DNA of 63,701 nucleotides, counting the filler, from Welwitschia mirabilis (Eukaryota): assembly GCA_051453625.1 (NCBI GenBank). It is 5 parts of one record of this genome, joined end to end, with 100 filler letters (N's around TTAATTAATTAA, not from the genome) between each part and the next. Parts side by side here need not be neighbours in the genome. Positions count along the whole stretch, not along the records: positions 1 to 19,408 come from JBOZIK010000001.1; 4 more parts are not named here. The stretch is one strand, 5' to 3'. Under the pieces are notes generated by a model, which was not told where the DNA came from, searched no databases, and saw only the letters and a list, made by a program, of their open reading frames with translations. The position numbers and the translations under genes were made by a program. Of this stretch, positions 1-12,795 are shown piece by piece; position 1 is the first letter of the stretch, and every line of letters begins with the position of its first letter.

Positions 1-82
1 ATTGGCCTTCGACGGAATTACGACATTCGGATCACTCTGTCTATACTAGCGTGTTGTATTTTGCATCTTATTATAATTAACA
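1..82 (+). mobile_element. 3' end of an Athila-family LTR (truncated by window start)
   Basis: gccttcgacggaattacgacattcggatcactctgtctatactagcgtgttgt aligns by eye to the reverse complement of the LTRs at ~30440-30490 and ~50880-50930. A candidate ...aaca terminus lies at 82. Confidence 0.55.
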
Positions 83-1205
83 GGATTGAAATCAAAATGT
101 GAACTATTGCATAAATATGCACTAAAAAAAAATGTCATTGTCTCTTACATTATTATTCATGTATTGTTCATATATAAGCCTAGTTAAGGTGATTTTCACA
201 AATATAAAAGTTAAGAATTAGTTTGGAAAAAGGTAAGTCATAAATAAACAATCAATTTTAATTCTTACTATTTTAAAAAGCTTTAATAGAAAATGATTGA
301 AGATCTATTTTTACCAATTACTATTTGATGATTATAGATAAGATAAAGTGGTTAAAGATAATCAATCACATAAATTTTTAAGTTCCACATTACCTTTTCC
401 TTTGATTAGAGAACACCACATCTAAAGGAACATTTTAAACTATATTATAAAATAAATGTTTCTCATCTCTTAAAAGATTAAAGAGAGGTCTATCTCTAAT
501 TGGTGAGCATTATTTACATAAAACATTATTTATATAATGTTATATAATGTTTATTTACATAAACATTATTTATGTTTATAGCTTACATAATGTTTATTTA
601 TTTCTTTGTATATATTATAAACCTAGTTAGCATAGCTTGTTAGTAAAGCAAGGGCCTATGTTGCATAATTTAGTTTTTACTAAAAAGAACATGTTATTTT
701 GTTTCCACTATTTTTAGTTAGGTTATACTCTTTTTTGACTATCATGACATTCAAATTATTTCTCAATGAAAGTCCTTAGTTCTCATGATCATTACATTTG
801 TATCCTTTGTTTTTATCTAAGTAAATTGGTTATTATAGATGTATTTATCATTTCCATCTTAACTTTTACGTAGGCTTCACCTTAATTATACTTTAGTTGT
901 ACAACCTTTAGAATATTCTAGAACATTGAACTACTAATTAATAGAATTAATTTTGCATTATTATAATAGCTAAAATCTTTAATGTTATTAGATTTTTCTA
1001 GTATTTTATAGCCATGATATTGATTATGCTAATTTATACACTACTAATGTATGATAATTTGATATTTCTTTTTAATGACTATATATCATACTAGCTTGTC
1101 TTTATCACATTGTAAGGAGTCATATCAACAATAAAGATATCATAGTGAAAACATAAGCTTTCTTGTTTAAGTTTCTAGGATGAAATATTTTAAGGAATGC
1201 AAAAA

Positions 1206-3812
1206 TGTCACATCCAAAGTTTTCAAGTATAAGGATTTAGCTTAAAAATTTAATGAATATAGTTTCATGGGTTCCTTAAGCTAATATAGATATTGTGTTT
1301 ATTAAGATAACATTGCATTATGGAAAATTTTGTACTTTTAAGTCCTTTAGTTTGTAAAGTTATAATATTATTTTTTGAATGATCTTTAATGGTTTTTAAT
1401 ATTACTTTTCTTATGTGATTATTCAATTATTCTTGATTTTACATGGAAAAATATTATTATATATTCTTAAGCTAGTTAAATTATTACATTATCTACTTTA
1501 AGATTTCTAGTGGTGTAATTTTTATTTTGAAAATTTCATACAATAATACCTCACATTTTATAGTAGTCATATTAGTTCCCTTGTTGAAAATTCTTACTGA
1601 TTTAATTATGATTCTTAGTGGTTAAAACATTATAAGTACTACAATTTATCTATCTTAACTAAAAATATATTTATGTAGTTTTTAGAAATTACTTATTATT
1701 ATAATAATTACATGATGAGCATTATTATTTATTATTAAGATATAAACACACCTAGTGACTTGGCAAGGAATGGAATAAGAGTGGTTACTGGGAATGGAAT
1801 AAGGGTGGTTACTAAATCTTTACCAACTTTTGCCATTTGAACCATCCTTCTTTATGATTTTTTGTCTTCACATTTGACCCTTTATATTTCACTAAACCTT
1901 AGCTATAAATAAGACCCTCTTCTTATTTTCCCTCACTTTAATCTTTGGAGAAGAATTTGCTACTGAACCTTGGAGCTTAGATAAGCCTTTAAACCTTAAG
2001 CCTTAAAATTATTGGGAGTTCTCGAATCTTCGTTTTAATTCAGTCATGGTTTTTTAACTTAATCTATTTTATCGCGTGGTTCTTGTTCATCTATTTCTTA
2101 TATGATTCTTATGTTCTTTTGATTCCTTTTTTGTATGATTTCTATGGTTTTAATTTATTCTTGCATGGTTTTTGATTCTTTGAAACCTTTCTTATATGGT
2201 TTATGGTTCTTAGATGATTTTCTTAAATGGTTTATGGGCTTTCATTTATTTCTTGCATCTCTTACATATTTTATGAATTTTTCCTACTATCTTATTTGTT
2301 CTTTTAAATCTCTTTATGCATGTATTAACTTGGTTGTGAATATAATTCTATGCTTAAAACTTACAAAGTAACCAAATTATGTAGCTTTAGGGGCTAAGCC
2401 ACTTGAAGGGCTCCCAATGTCCATGGGAGTGAGCTATCAGAGTGATTAAGGTGATATTTGTAACTCAACTAGTTATGCATGAGATGCGGCTTCAAAGGGC
2501 TTATTCCATTTTAAGGGATCCTATTGGCCATAAGAATGAACCTTTAGACAAATGGGTATTTTTGACACCCTTTTAATAGAGCATACTATTCATTATATAT
2601 TCTTGGAGTATTGAGACTTAAAAATGTGTATCAAGATTATTGTATTTAGTATAAGTATTNNNNNNNNNNNNNNNNNNNNNNNNNNNNNNNNNNNNNNNNN
2701 NNNNNNNNNNNNNNNNNNNNNNNNNNNNNNNNNNNNNNNNNNNNNNNNNNNNNNNNNNNNNNNNNNNNNNNNNNNNNNNNNNNNNNNNNNNNNNNNNNNN
2801 NNNNNNNNNNNNNNNNNNNNNNNNNNNNNNNNNNNNNNNNNNNNNNNNNNNNNNNNNNNNNNNNNNNNNNNNNNNNNNNNNNNNNNNNNNNNNNNNNNNN
2901 NNNNNNNNNNNNNNNNNNNNNNNNNNNNNNNNNNNNNNNNNNNNNNNNNNNNNNNNNNNNNNNNNNNNNNNNNNNNNNNNNNNNNNNNNNNNNNNNNNNN
3001 NNNNNNNNNNNNNNNNNNNNNNNNNNNNNNNNNNNNNNNNNNNNNNNNNNNNNNNNNNNNNNNNNNNNNNNNNNNNNNNNNNNNNNNNNNNNNNNNNNNN
3101 NNNNNNNNNNNNNNNNNNNNNNNNNNNNNTATATTCTTGGAGTATTGAGACTTAAAAATGTGTATCAAGATTATTGTATTTAGTATAAGTATTAATCATT
3201 CAATTTTCTTAAGGATCCCTTATTGAGATTAAAGAAACCCTTACTTAAGAGCTTATCATGGATCATACTAGAAACTATGAAGGTTATAGTTCTCACTCCA
3301 TGATGTTTGTGTTTAAAAAATTATTGAGTGGAACACAAAAAAATTTGATTTGTATTACTAAAAAGGGAATNNNNNNNNNNGTTGATTTATCTTATCACGT
3401 ATGGCTTTTGTAAATGTTAATTTATTTTAGTATCTGCATGAGAAATTGTTAAAATGAAGTGATTTGTTCATCCTTGTAACTTGTAATCTATTTTATCTTG
3501 TGGTTGACTTTTAAGATATGATGTCAACATGATACTTGCATTTTTATAAAAATAAATAAGTATTTATTTTATCATGTATTTAAACATTAAGTGAGTTATT
3601 TATTTTTTTTACCTTCAAAAGTTACTTAATAATGTATTTTATTTTCATTTGTATAGATTCGTTTAAGAACAGTTGGCTCAAATATTTAATAAAAATATTT
3701 GTAAAAGTTTAAGCTTATAGTTTTGAATTAAAAATTTTAGGATGTTTTATTTTTGTATTAGAGCATTAGAGAGAGTTTGAAGTTTTTGACATTATAAATT
3801 TGGGATGTTATA
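1206..3812 (+). mobile_element. Tekay/Del-like Ty3/gypsy LTR, copy A (solo-like; contains an N gap)
   Basis: Starts tgtcacatccaaa and ends tttgggatgttata (imperfect terminal inverted repeat typical of Tekay/Del LTRs). TATA-like ctataaata at ~1903. Colinear with 9709-11755. Confidence 0.75.
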
Positions 3813-4854
3813 GGTCTAAAGTAGGCTCCAAGAACCTAGTACAATAGGCTTGATTATCATCTACTTCAAATTGATTTAAAAAAAAGTTTGAGTAAATTAA
3901 ATCTTTATGTGAAAATTACTAATGATGATATAATTATTATTTCTTTATATGTTTATGACCTACTTATAATAGGAAGCAATGTAAAAATGATGCAATAATT
4001 TAAATATTAAAAGATTCAAGTATTTGAGATGACATATCTAGAAGAAGTGTCCTATTTTTTTAGTATGAAAATTCAATAGCTACAGAAAGAAATCCTTATT
4101 AGCTAGTAGAAATATGTAAAATAAGTGCATAAGAAGTTTAGCATGAAAAACTATAAGCCTTTAATAATTCCCTTAATATAAAATAAGAATCTAAGTAGAG
4201 ATGATGGAGTAAAAAATGTTTAATAGCAACAAGGCTTTACATTATATCTTTTGTAAGTCTGTTGTTCATATTTGTAAATTCATACAAGTGAATTACATTT
4301 TAAAGTTACTAAGAAAGTCCTTAGATATGCTAAACAAACAGTAGATCTTAGAGTTTAATTTTAAAGATCAAACAAGTTAAATTTGGATGGTTTCTATAAT
4401 ATTAATTGGATAAGTTATAGTGATGATATGAGAATAAAATTTGAATTTTTTTAAGCCTTCATTTAGGAATTTTCTATTAGAGTTTAAAAAAGTAGGATGT
4501 GGTAGCTTAGTCAACTACTGAAGTAGAATACATAGCTACTACTCTAGCTTCTAATCAAGCTTTATGGCTAAGAAAGTTATTGTCAGACTTAAGACACAAT
4601 AGTAATTCATAGAAATTTTTGTTAATAATTAAGCTACTATAGCTATCACTAACAATCCAGTCTTTCATGATAAGAAAAAATTTTAAGATTAAGTATTTTT
4701 TTCTTAAAGAAGGCCAAAAAAGTAAGGAGATTCTTTGATACATTATAAAAGTAAAGTTTAATTGGCTGATATTCTTACAAAAGCATTGTCTAAAGCCAAA
4801 TTTGAAGAACTAAGGAAGAGTCTAGAAATCTATAGCAAAAGAAGTAAGGAGGAG
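3813..4854 (+). pseudogene. Decayed Ty1/copia reverse transcriptase C-terminal half + RNase H, copy A
   Basis: Decayed GLKQAPRAW motif directly after the LTR (ggtctaaagtaggctccaagaacctag), a YVDDL-like motif at ~3950, VAQSTAEAEY-like at ~4500, LADILTKAL at ~4763. Ends in the PPT aaggaggag. Many stops and frameshifts. Confidence 0.9.
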
Positions 4855-5235
4855 TATTACAGATTGCATCTTTTGCTAGAATTAGTTTAGGATATGAATA
4901 AGTTAGCTAAAATTATATTAGTAGTTAGTTTCAGTTTGAATTTTCTATTGCATTTGAATTAAGAAGTTAGAGTTACTTTTTAAATTTTTCTATAATTATT
5001 TTAAAGCTATTAAGTTAGTTTCTTAATTTTTCTATAATCAGTTTAGGGATGTTAAGTTTAGTTTTCTGAATTTTTTGTAATCATTTTTAGAGCTGTTAAG
5101 CTTACTTCCTTGTTTAGATTTTAGATCATCTTCATAATAAAGTATGATTCTTATTCTGATATTTAGTACTTTTATTCTATTATATCCTATAAATAAATAT
5201 AATAGTGTAGATATTTATTTTATGTTTTAATAACA
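4855..5235 (+). mobile_element. Probable copia 3' LTR, copy A
   Basis: Follows the PPT; starts tattac (likely decayed TGTTAC); candidate ...aataaca end. The 3' boundary is uncertain. Confidence 0.45.
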
Positions 5236-7476
5236 TAATCCACTAGCTATGCTTCTGTAAGGAATGCTTTCCATTCCTTATTTTTAAAAATGTTTAATAA
5301 GCACTAGTTATGAAGAATATATGAATAATGTAACTCCTTAGAATAATTTTTTTACTTTTTCTTTTTGTTATATTTTAAAATGAAAAAGAAATAAATTAGA
5401 TGATAAAGAAATTTTCATAACAATCAACATTATTTAACAATGATAATTTGTTGAATTAGAAGTTGAAATACTAAAATACAAATGATAATTTCCTTCTTTT
5501 TAATTTTTTAGGTTATGCAAAATCTTAAATGTAGAGATAATAGTTATACCTAGAAGAACAGAAAGAAAATTTTTTAGCTTTTTGTTTAATAGAAAGTCTA
5601 AAAGACAAATCTAAAATTAGTTAATTAGAATAACAATATGAAGATACAAGATGATTTAGAACTAATATAATTCAATTAATATTAAAATGATGTAAGCCAA
5701 GCTTTACTCAATCTAAAGAAATGAAATGTGGGCTTGAAGACCTTCGAAAATTCTGATACTATAAAGTTAAGAATAAAGTTTGTATATATATTTTGCTTAT
5801 AGTCCATGCATGCCTAGCTCTAAGATATAAAATAAACTAATTTTTGAACTAAAACTAATTTAACATAAAGAAATTATGATACAAGCTAAAAATGAAATTT
5901 GAAAATTTCAATAATGCAAAATTTGAATTGTAACAATACTCTATGCACCTAGCATCACTAAAGAAATTATCAAATGCTAAGAAATTAGAGGACATGTTAG
6001 TTAAAAAAAAAGAAGTAGAAAATTTATGGAAAATTAAGAATGCTCTATAGACATAATTATCATATTGTAATGAAAAGATTGAAAAATTACTAGATTACCA
6101 ATGTAATTTGATTAAAGTATTGATCAAGGATTAAAAGAGTAAAGTAATTAATAATTTTATTTTTGGCATTACATGTTTTCATTATTCTCATTGTAAAATG
6201 GTTCTCAGACTTCACAAAATCATGAAGGATAAAAAATGATTCTTAAGTAATTATATTCATAGTAGCCTTACTCAAAGGTTAAGCACTTATAACTATAATG
6301 TGTTCACGATATTGCTTTCAAGCAAAAATGGCCATTACTTTGATGAAGATTTAGAAGAATGTTTACTATGAATTTTCACAATCATAATATTTATCCATTT
6401 TATAAGATATATGTTTACGAAAAGAAGTAGAAGTATGCACTATAGAATTCACTGACTAATAAGCTAAAGAAACCTTTGAGTTAAATACCAGCTTATAAAC
6501 TAGCATAATAAAATAATGCATTAGAATGAAGTAAAAGAAGAAAGTAAATTATGGAATAAAATTTAAATTTGTATTTAAGAAAAGGAAAATTGTAATGTAT
6601 TTTTCTTGTTTAGGATATTTTATCCTAATTAGTTAAATGATGACTTTGTTAGGAGGTGGTTGCAGGCCTTATGCATTAAGGTACCCCTACCAATAACTAC
6701 ACCAAATGCTTTAGTTTAATGATGAAATCAAGAATGGGGATTAAGTTGGTATGGTAACCTAATGGAATAGTGACAAGTAGTGCTATTTTATCTCTAAATT
6801 TTTTTTCTTTTTAATCCATCCTAGATGCATGTAGTGGAGGATGAGAAGAATGATTCCTGCCTTATGTTCTAAATTTATAGTTAGTTAATATATTATGCTA
6901 TATTAATTAATTAATGATGCATTACTTTGTGATGGAGATTTTATAATCTACCTACTTTAACAATTGACTATCTAGACTAAAGGGGTCCCATTACATTTCA
7001 CATGTTTAACTCATAGGTGGTCCCTTTTGTAACTTTTAACTATGATTATACTAAGCACAAATGAAATCATCTTCTTGTACATGATGAATCTAAATTATAC
7101 TTAGCTCTAGCAAAGTATTTATTTGAGATTTCCATGCATTAAATAAGTGATTAGTCCATTGATACACTTTAACACATCTTCTTAAATTAATAAAAAGCAT
7201 ACTTAGTCTTAATGACATTAATGTATGTCATGATATAAACTTTCATGTATGTGAAAACTAATTTTTAGTTCTGACCAGCTCTTATGTCCTTTATGACAAA
7301 TTTCAATGGGTTTAACTACAATGGTTGTATGTTATTTATTAAATGGTGTATCATTANNNNNNATAATATTTCAATCAATGTAATATTATTTGTATCATTC
7401 TTATAAAAAGAATTAATTATATTAAGGATTCCTTTTACTTAATCAAGTCTTAAAAATATATTCAAAGCATCTTAAT

Positions 7477-7624
7477 GCTAATAAAGATATTGTCTTTATT
7501 AAGATAATATTCTATTATGAAAAATTTTATACTTTTAAGTCCTTAATTTTGTATAAGTTATAATATTATTTTATATTCCTCAAGAATGATCTTTAATGGT
7601 TACATTAATATTATTTTTCTTATG
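7477..7624 (+). repeat. Third, partial copy of the Tekay-like LTR (cut by gap)
   Basis: gctaataaagatattgtctttattaagataa...ttttcttatg matches 1281-1416 and 9783-9930. Confidence 0.85.
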
Positions 7625-8499
7625 NNNNNNNNNNNNNNNNNNNNNNNNNNNNNNNNNNNNNNNNNNNNNNNNNNNNNNNNNNNNNNNNNNNNNNNNNNNN
7701 NNNNNNNNNNNNNNNNNNNNNNNNTGTCTGAAACTCAAACTTTGAGGAATTAATTCTTCTAACTCCAGGAACTGCTGAAGAGCTAGTTTGGCCTAATCTT
7801 TAAATAAACTTCCACTCCAAAAGTTTTGCCTTAGGTTCATGTTAGTTTAGTGAGGAAGGAAACAATTTCAAGGTTTGTAAGGAAAACATGGAGGGCATTC
7901 CGGGATTGGAAAAGGAGGAAGAAGGTATATATAGCTATGAGAACTAGTGGTCATGAAAGATCCTGGGAGATAAAGGCCATCTAATTAGGAGCTGAGAGAG
8001 GGCAGGGGGAAACTACGATTTAATAGGTAATAGAAGAAAGAAAAAACAACTGGTTCATAACTTCAACTTGACATGGCTTAGAAGAAGGATGGGGAGACCT
8101 CTTAATGAGAAAAAGGCTTCATCTTCAGAGGCAAAGTAGACATAAAGAGAGCTTGAAAAGCATAAATGTGGAGAGGATTCCATTATAAGGAGACTGTTCT
8201 TGCATGACAAAATCGATCCAGGAAAATACAAGGTAGAGTCTAGGACTTTATACTCAAGATCACCTCCCTGAAAGTAGAATCCAGTTTTGTTGTGCTTAAA
8301 CTACATAGAAATGCACTTCACTTTAGTTGGAACTAAGGCAAACAGGTCTATCAGTGCCAATTGCACTTCGAGTAAGAACAATGAACTAAGGCTTAAGCGA
8401 GTTGTAGCTAAGGTGATAAAGCATTGCAGCTTTCTCTTGATGGATAATTTAGAAAACTGTATCCTATAAAGTGAGAGTCTAGGCATGTCTTGGACGTAA

Positions 8500-9055
8500 T
8501 TAACTTCCCAAATAATGACCTACATCAAAATTATTTAAAATCTAGGTAGATATGAATGTGATGGCACCAAACCCTATTAGAGGAGGTGTTCTTGATTGTT
8601 ATAATCCCTACAAGCATAATTTAAAGGATGTGCTTAATTCTATTGAAGCAAGCTTGAGCATTGGGCTGATCATTATTGAATATAAATTCATTTCTCTGCT
8701 TCCAAATGTAATAGACTATGGATGTAAAATCGATTCTTAACATATAGTTCCTGGTCATTCTATGCTTTAAAATGGATGCTAACTAGCTATTCACATCTAA
8801 CCACAGGATATGAGGAGATAATAAAAGAAATTGGGCAGTGAGGGACCACACCGAATGGGAGAAAGAGTAAGAAAAAAATAAGTGGTCTCTAGACTCTCTT
8901 TCTAAGTGATAGAGGATACAGATTGGATTTAAATGAATTTCCATTTTATAGATATTTTCCTTGATTGATAGCCAATTGAATAGAACTAACAAGAAAAGAA
9001 AGGAATGCCTGGGTTGATTAAATGGGTCCCATAAAATATGGAAATCATTTAATGA
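8500..9055 (-). pseudogene. 5'-truncated L1-type LINE, ORF2 C-terminus (zf-RVT region)
   Basis: The minus strand reads ...ILWDPFNQPRHSF..., then CILYHLERESRDHLFF (zf-RVT-like; ORF 8783-8992), then IVYYIWKQRNEFIFNN (WxERN motif). Confidence 0.85.
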
Positions 9056-9708
9056 AATCTTATAATAATTATAATTTTAGAATTAAAATTTTGTGCTTTC
9101 ACTAATATAAAAAGAAGGCTTCATGTAATGTTTTTTAAATTAATCAAGACATAGTTAATTGAAAATTATTTTTCATTAAATACTTTCAAAAAATTTTATT
9201 AGAAATTATAATCCAATAATAAATGAGAGATCAAGATTAGCAGTAATATTTTTCATAGTAAGCTACGAATTCAAAAAGGGGGAAATGACACAAGAATAAA
9301 AATATTATTTTGAATAACTTAGTAAATTAAAAAATCATATCTAACCATTTAAGATGGTAGCAATCATTAGCAGTAGAACTCACTATCTATTATGATTAGC
9401 TGTGTTCTGGGTAGTGTCATAGATCTCTAGAGGTTCTGGGGAGAGAGGAAGAGTAGCAACAGTTTTAGATCAATTCTTTTATCTTCTTCTAGCTTCTTCT
9501 TGAGTATTATGGAGAGCCAGTAAAGCTTGTGGATAGGTTTATTCTTAATTCCATTATGGCCTCCCCTTCCATGATTTTCTTTAAAAAAATGGAAAGTTTA
9601 ATATTAGCATAGTAGTAGAACTTTGTGTCAATATAGAGAAGCACTTTAAATGCATTCTAATAAGTCATTTTATTTTTATAGGTCCTAAGCTGAGTATAGA
9701 GATAATTC

Positions 9709-11755
9709 TGTCACATCCAGATTTTTCAAGTCTAATTATGTTGCTTAAAATATTAATTAAAATAGTTTCATAGAGTCCTCAAGCTAATATAGATATTATG
9801 TTTATTAAGATAACATTGAATTATGAAAAATTTTATAATTTTATGTCCTTTATTTTGTAAAATCCATAATATTATTTTATAATCCTCAAGAATGATCTCT
9901 AGTGATTATGTTAATATTATTTTTCTTATGTGATTATTATGTTTTTCTTGATTTTACATGGAAAAATTCTGTTATATATCCTTAAGCTTATCAAATTATT
10001 GCATGTATGTATTTTAAGATTTCTAGTGATGTAATTTTTATTGTGAAAATTTTATGCAATAATACCTCACATTTTGTAGTAGTCATAATATTGCACTTGT
10101 TAAAAATTCTTAGTGATTTAATTATGATTCTTAGTGGTTAAATTATTTTAACTACTATAATTTATCTATTAGCTTTATGTAATTTTTAAAAATTACTTAT
10201 TATTATAATAATTGCATGATGAGAATTATTATTTATTATTGAGATACAAATGCACCTAGTGGCCTGGCAAGGAATGAAATAAGAATGGTTACTAAATCTT
10301 TACCAACTTTTGTCATCTTGATCACCCTCCTTTATGATGTTTTGTCTTTACAGTCTTGTGACCCTTTGTATTCCAACAAACCTTAGTTATAAATAAGACC
10401 CTCTTCCTCCTTTTCCTTCACTTTCAACTTTGGTGAAGCCTTCGCTATTGAACCTTATAGCTTGGATAAGCCTTTGAAGCTTCGAGTCTTGAAATCACTA
10501 AAAGTTCTCAAATATTCATTTTAATTTGGGTATGATTTTATGGCTTAATCTATTTTCTTATATGATTATTGTCCATATATTTCTTGTATGATTCTTATAT
10601 TCTTTTGATTTCTTTCTTGTATGATTTCTATGGTTTTCATTTCATTATTGTATGGTTTTTAGTTCTTTGAATCCTTTCTCATATGGTTTTTAATTCTTTG
10701 AATTCTTTCTTGTATGGTTTTTAGTTCTTTAAAATATTTCTTATATGGTTTATGAGTTTTCAATTATTTTATTGAATGGTTTATAGACTTTTTTTTATTT
10801 CTTGCATCTCTTACATGTTCCATGGATTTTTTCTACTATATTATTTGTTCTTGTAAGTCTCTTTATGCATGTACTAACTTGGTCATGAATATAATTCTAT
10901 GCTTAAAACTCATAATGTGATCAAATTATGTGGCTTTAATGGGTGTACCACCTGAAGGGCTTCCATTGGCCATGAAAGTGAGCTATTAGAGTGATCAAGG
11001 TGATGTTTGTGATCCATCTAGTTGTACATGAGATGTAGCTTCAGATGGTTTATCCCATCTGAAGGGTTCCTATTGGTCATAGGAATGAACCTCTAGACAA
11101 ATGGATATTTTTAACATCCTTCTAATAGATCATACTATTGATTATATATTATTGAAGTACTGAACTTAAAAATGTGTATAGAAATTATTGTATTTGGTAT
11201 GAGTTATTGGTCATTTAATTTTCTTGAGAAATTATTATTCAGATTTAAAACCCCCTTACCTAAGACCTTATCATGGATCATACTAGAAACTATGAAGGTT
11301 ATAATTCTTACATCATGTTATTTGTGTTTAATAGGTGGTTGAGTGAAGCATAGAAAAAGTTGATTTATCTTACCAAAAAAGGCATTTGGAAATGTTAATA
11401 ATTCCAGCTTATGCATGAGAATTATTAAAATGGAGTGATTTTCCCATCCTTGTAACTTGTAATCTATTATATCTTATGATTAAATTTTAAGATATGATGT
11501 TAATATGATACTTGTATTTTTCTAGAAATAAAGAAGTATTTATTTTATCATGTATTTTAACACTAAGTAGTTTATTTATCTTCTTTACCTTGCATGCATA
11601 TAGATTCATTTAAGAATAATTGGCTCAAATATAAAAATATTTGTGAAAGTTTAAGCTTATAATTTTGGGTTGAAAATCTTAAACTGCTTTATTTTAGTAT
11701 CAAAGCATTAGAGTGAGTTTTAAAGTTTTTAACATTAGAAATTTGGGGTATTTCA
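9709..11755 (+). mobile_element. Tekay/Del-like LTR, copy B
   Basis: Termini tgtcacatccag ... tttggggtatttca; ungapped ~2.05 kb; colinear with copy A. Confidence 0.8.
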
Positions 11756-12795
11756 ATCTAAAGTAGGCTACAAGAGCCTAGTATAATAGGATTGTGATCA
11801 TCTACTTTAAATTGGTTTGAATAAGAATTTAAGTAAATTAACTTTTCATGTAAAAATTACTAATTATGATATAATTATATTTCTTTGTATGTTGATGACC
11901 TACTTATAATAAGAAGCAATGTATAAATGGTGTAATAATTTAAATATTAAATGATGCAAGTCTTTGAGATGACAGATCTAGAAGAGACGTTCTATTTTCT
12001 TAGTATGAAAATTCAACAACTACAAAAAGGAATCTTATCAGAAAATATAAATATGTAAAATAAGTGCATAATAAGTTTAGCATGAAAAACTATAAGCCTT
12101 TAAGCACTCCCTTGATGCAAAATAAGAAGCTAAGTAGAAATGATGGAGCAAAAAATATGGATGAAGTTCTCTATAGAGGTATTATAGGTTTTCTAATATA
12201 TTTTACAATAACAAGGCTTGATATTATATCTTTTATATGTTTTTCTTCATATTCATGCATTGTATAAGTGAATTACATTTTAAAGTTGCTAAGATTAAAC
12301 AAGCTAAATTTGAATGATTTCTATAATATTAATTGGATAGGTTCTAGTGATGATATAAGAAGAACATTTGGATTTTTTTAATCCTTGGTTTAAGACTTTT
12401 CTCTTTGATTTCAAAGAAGTAAAATGTGGTAATTTAGTCAACTAATAAAGTAGAATACATATCCACTACTATAGCTATTAGTCGAGATTTGTGGCTAAGA
12501 AAGTTATTGTTACAATTAAAACATGACCAAAAGAAATCCATAAGAATTTTTATTAGTAATCAAGATACTATAGCTATCTCTAATAATACAATGTTTTATG
12601 AGAATACAAGGAGTTTTAAGATTAAGTATTATTTTTTTAAAAGAAGTTCAAAAACATAAGAAGATTCCTTTAGTGCATTATAAAAGTAAAGTTCAACTGG
12701 CTAATATTCTTACAAAGGCTTTGCCTAAAACCAAATTTGAAGAACCAAGGAAGATTATAGATATTTTCAAGAAAATAAGCAAGAAGAAGCATTAA
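11756..12795 (+). pseudogene. Decayed Ty1/copia RT + RNase H, copy B
   Basis: tatgttgatgaccta = YVDDL at ~11888. ORFs 12064-12267 (KPLSTPL...YRGIIGFLIYFTITRLDI) and 12598-12795 (QLANILTKALPK). Confidence 0.92.

Larger units (their letters stand above)
1206..7476 (+). repeat. Segmental direct repeat unit A (pairs with 9709-15480)
   Basis: Colinear similarity throughout, e.g. attaaggtacccctacc at 6675/14645 and ataaaaagaattaattat at 7403/15403. Confidence 0.95.

Noticed and set aside
510..600. Short AT-rich tandem duplications (ttatttacataaa.cattattt; tatataatgtt)
   Set aside because: Ordinary slippage repeats with no further structure.
2593..3168. Long ORFs spanning N runs (also 24267-25271, 37331-38117, 39911-40408, 62466-63143)
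   Set aside because: They are open only because N codons contain no stops.
7725..8500. GC-richer stretch beside the LINE, with an FWSG-like word at ~7810
   Set aside because: The motif is weak and out of order relative to zf-RVT; it cannot be assigned.
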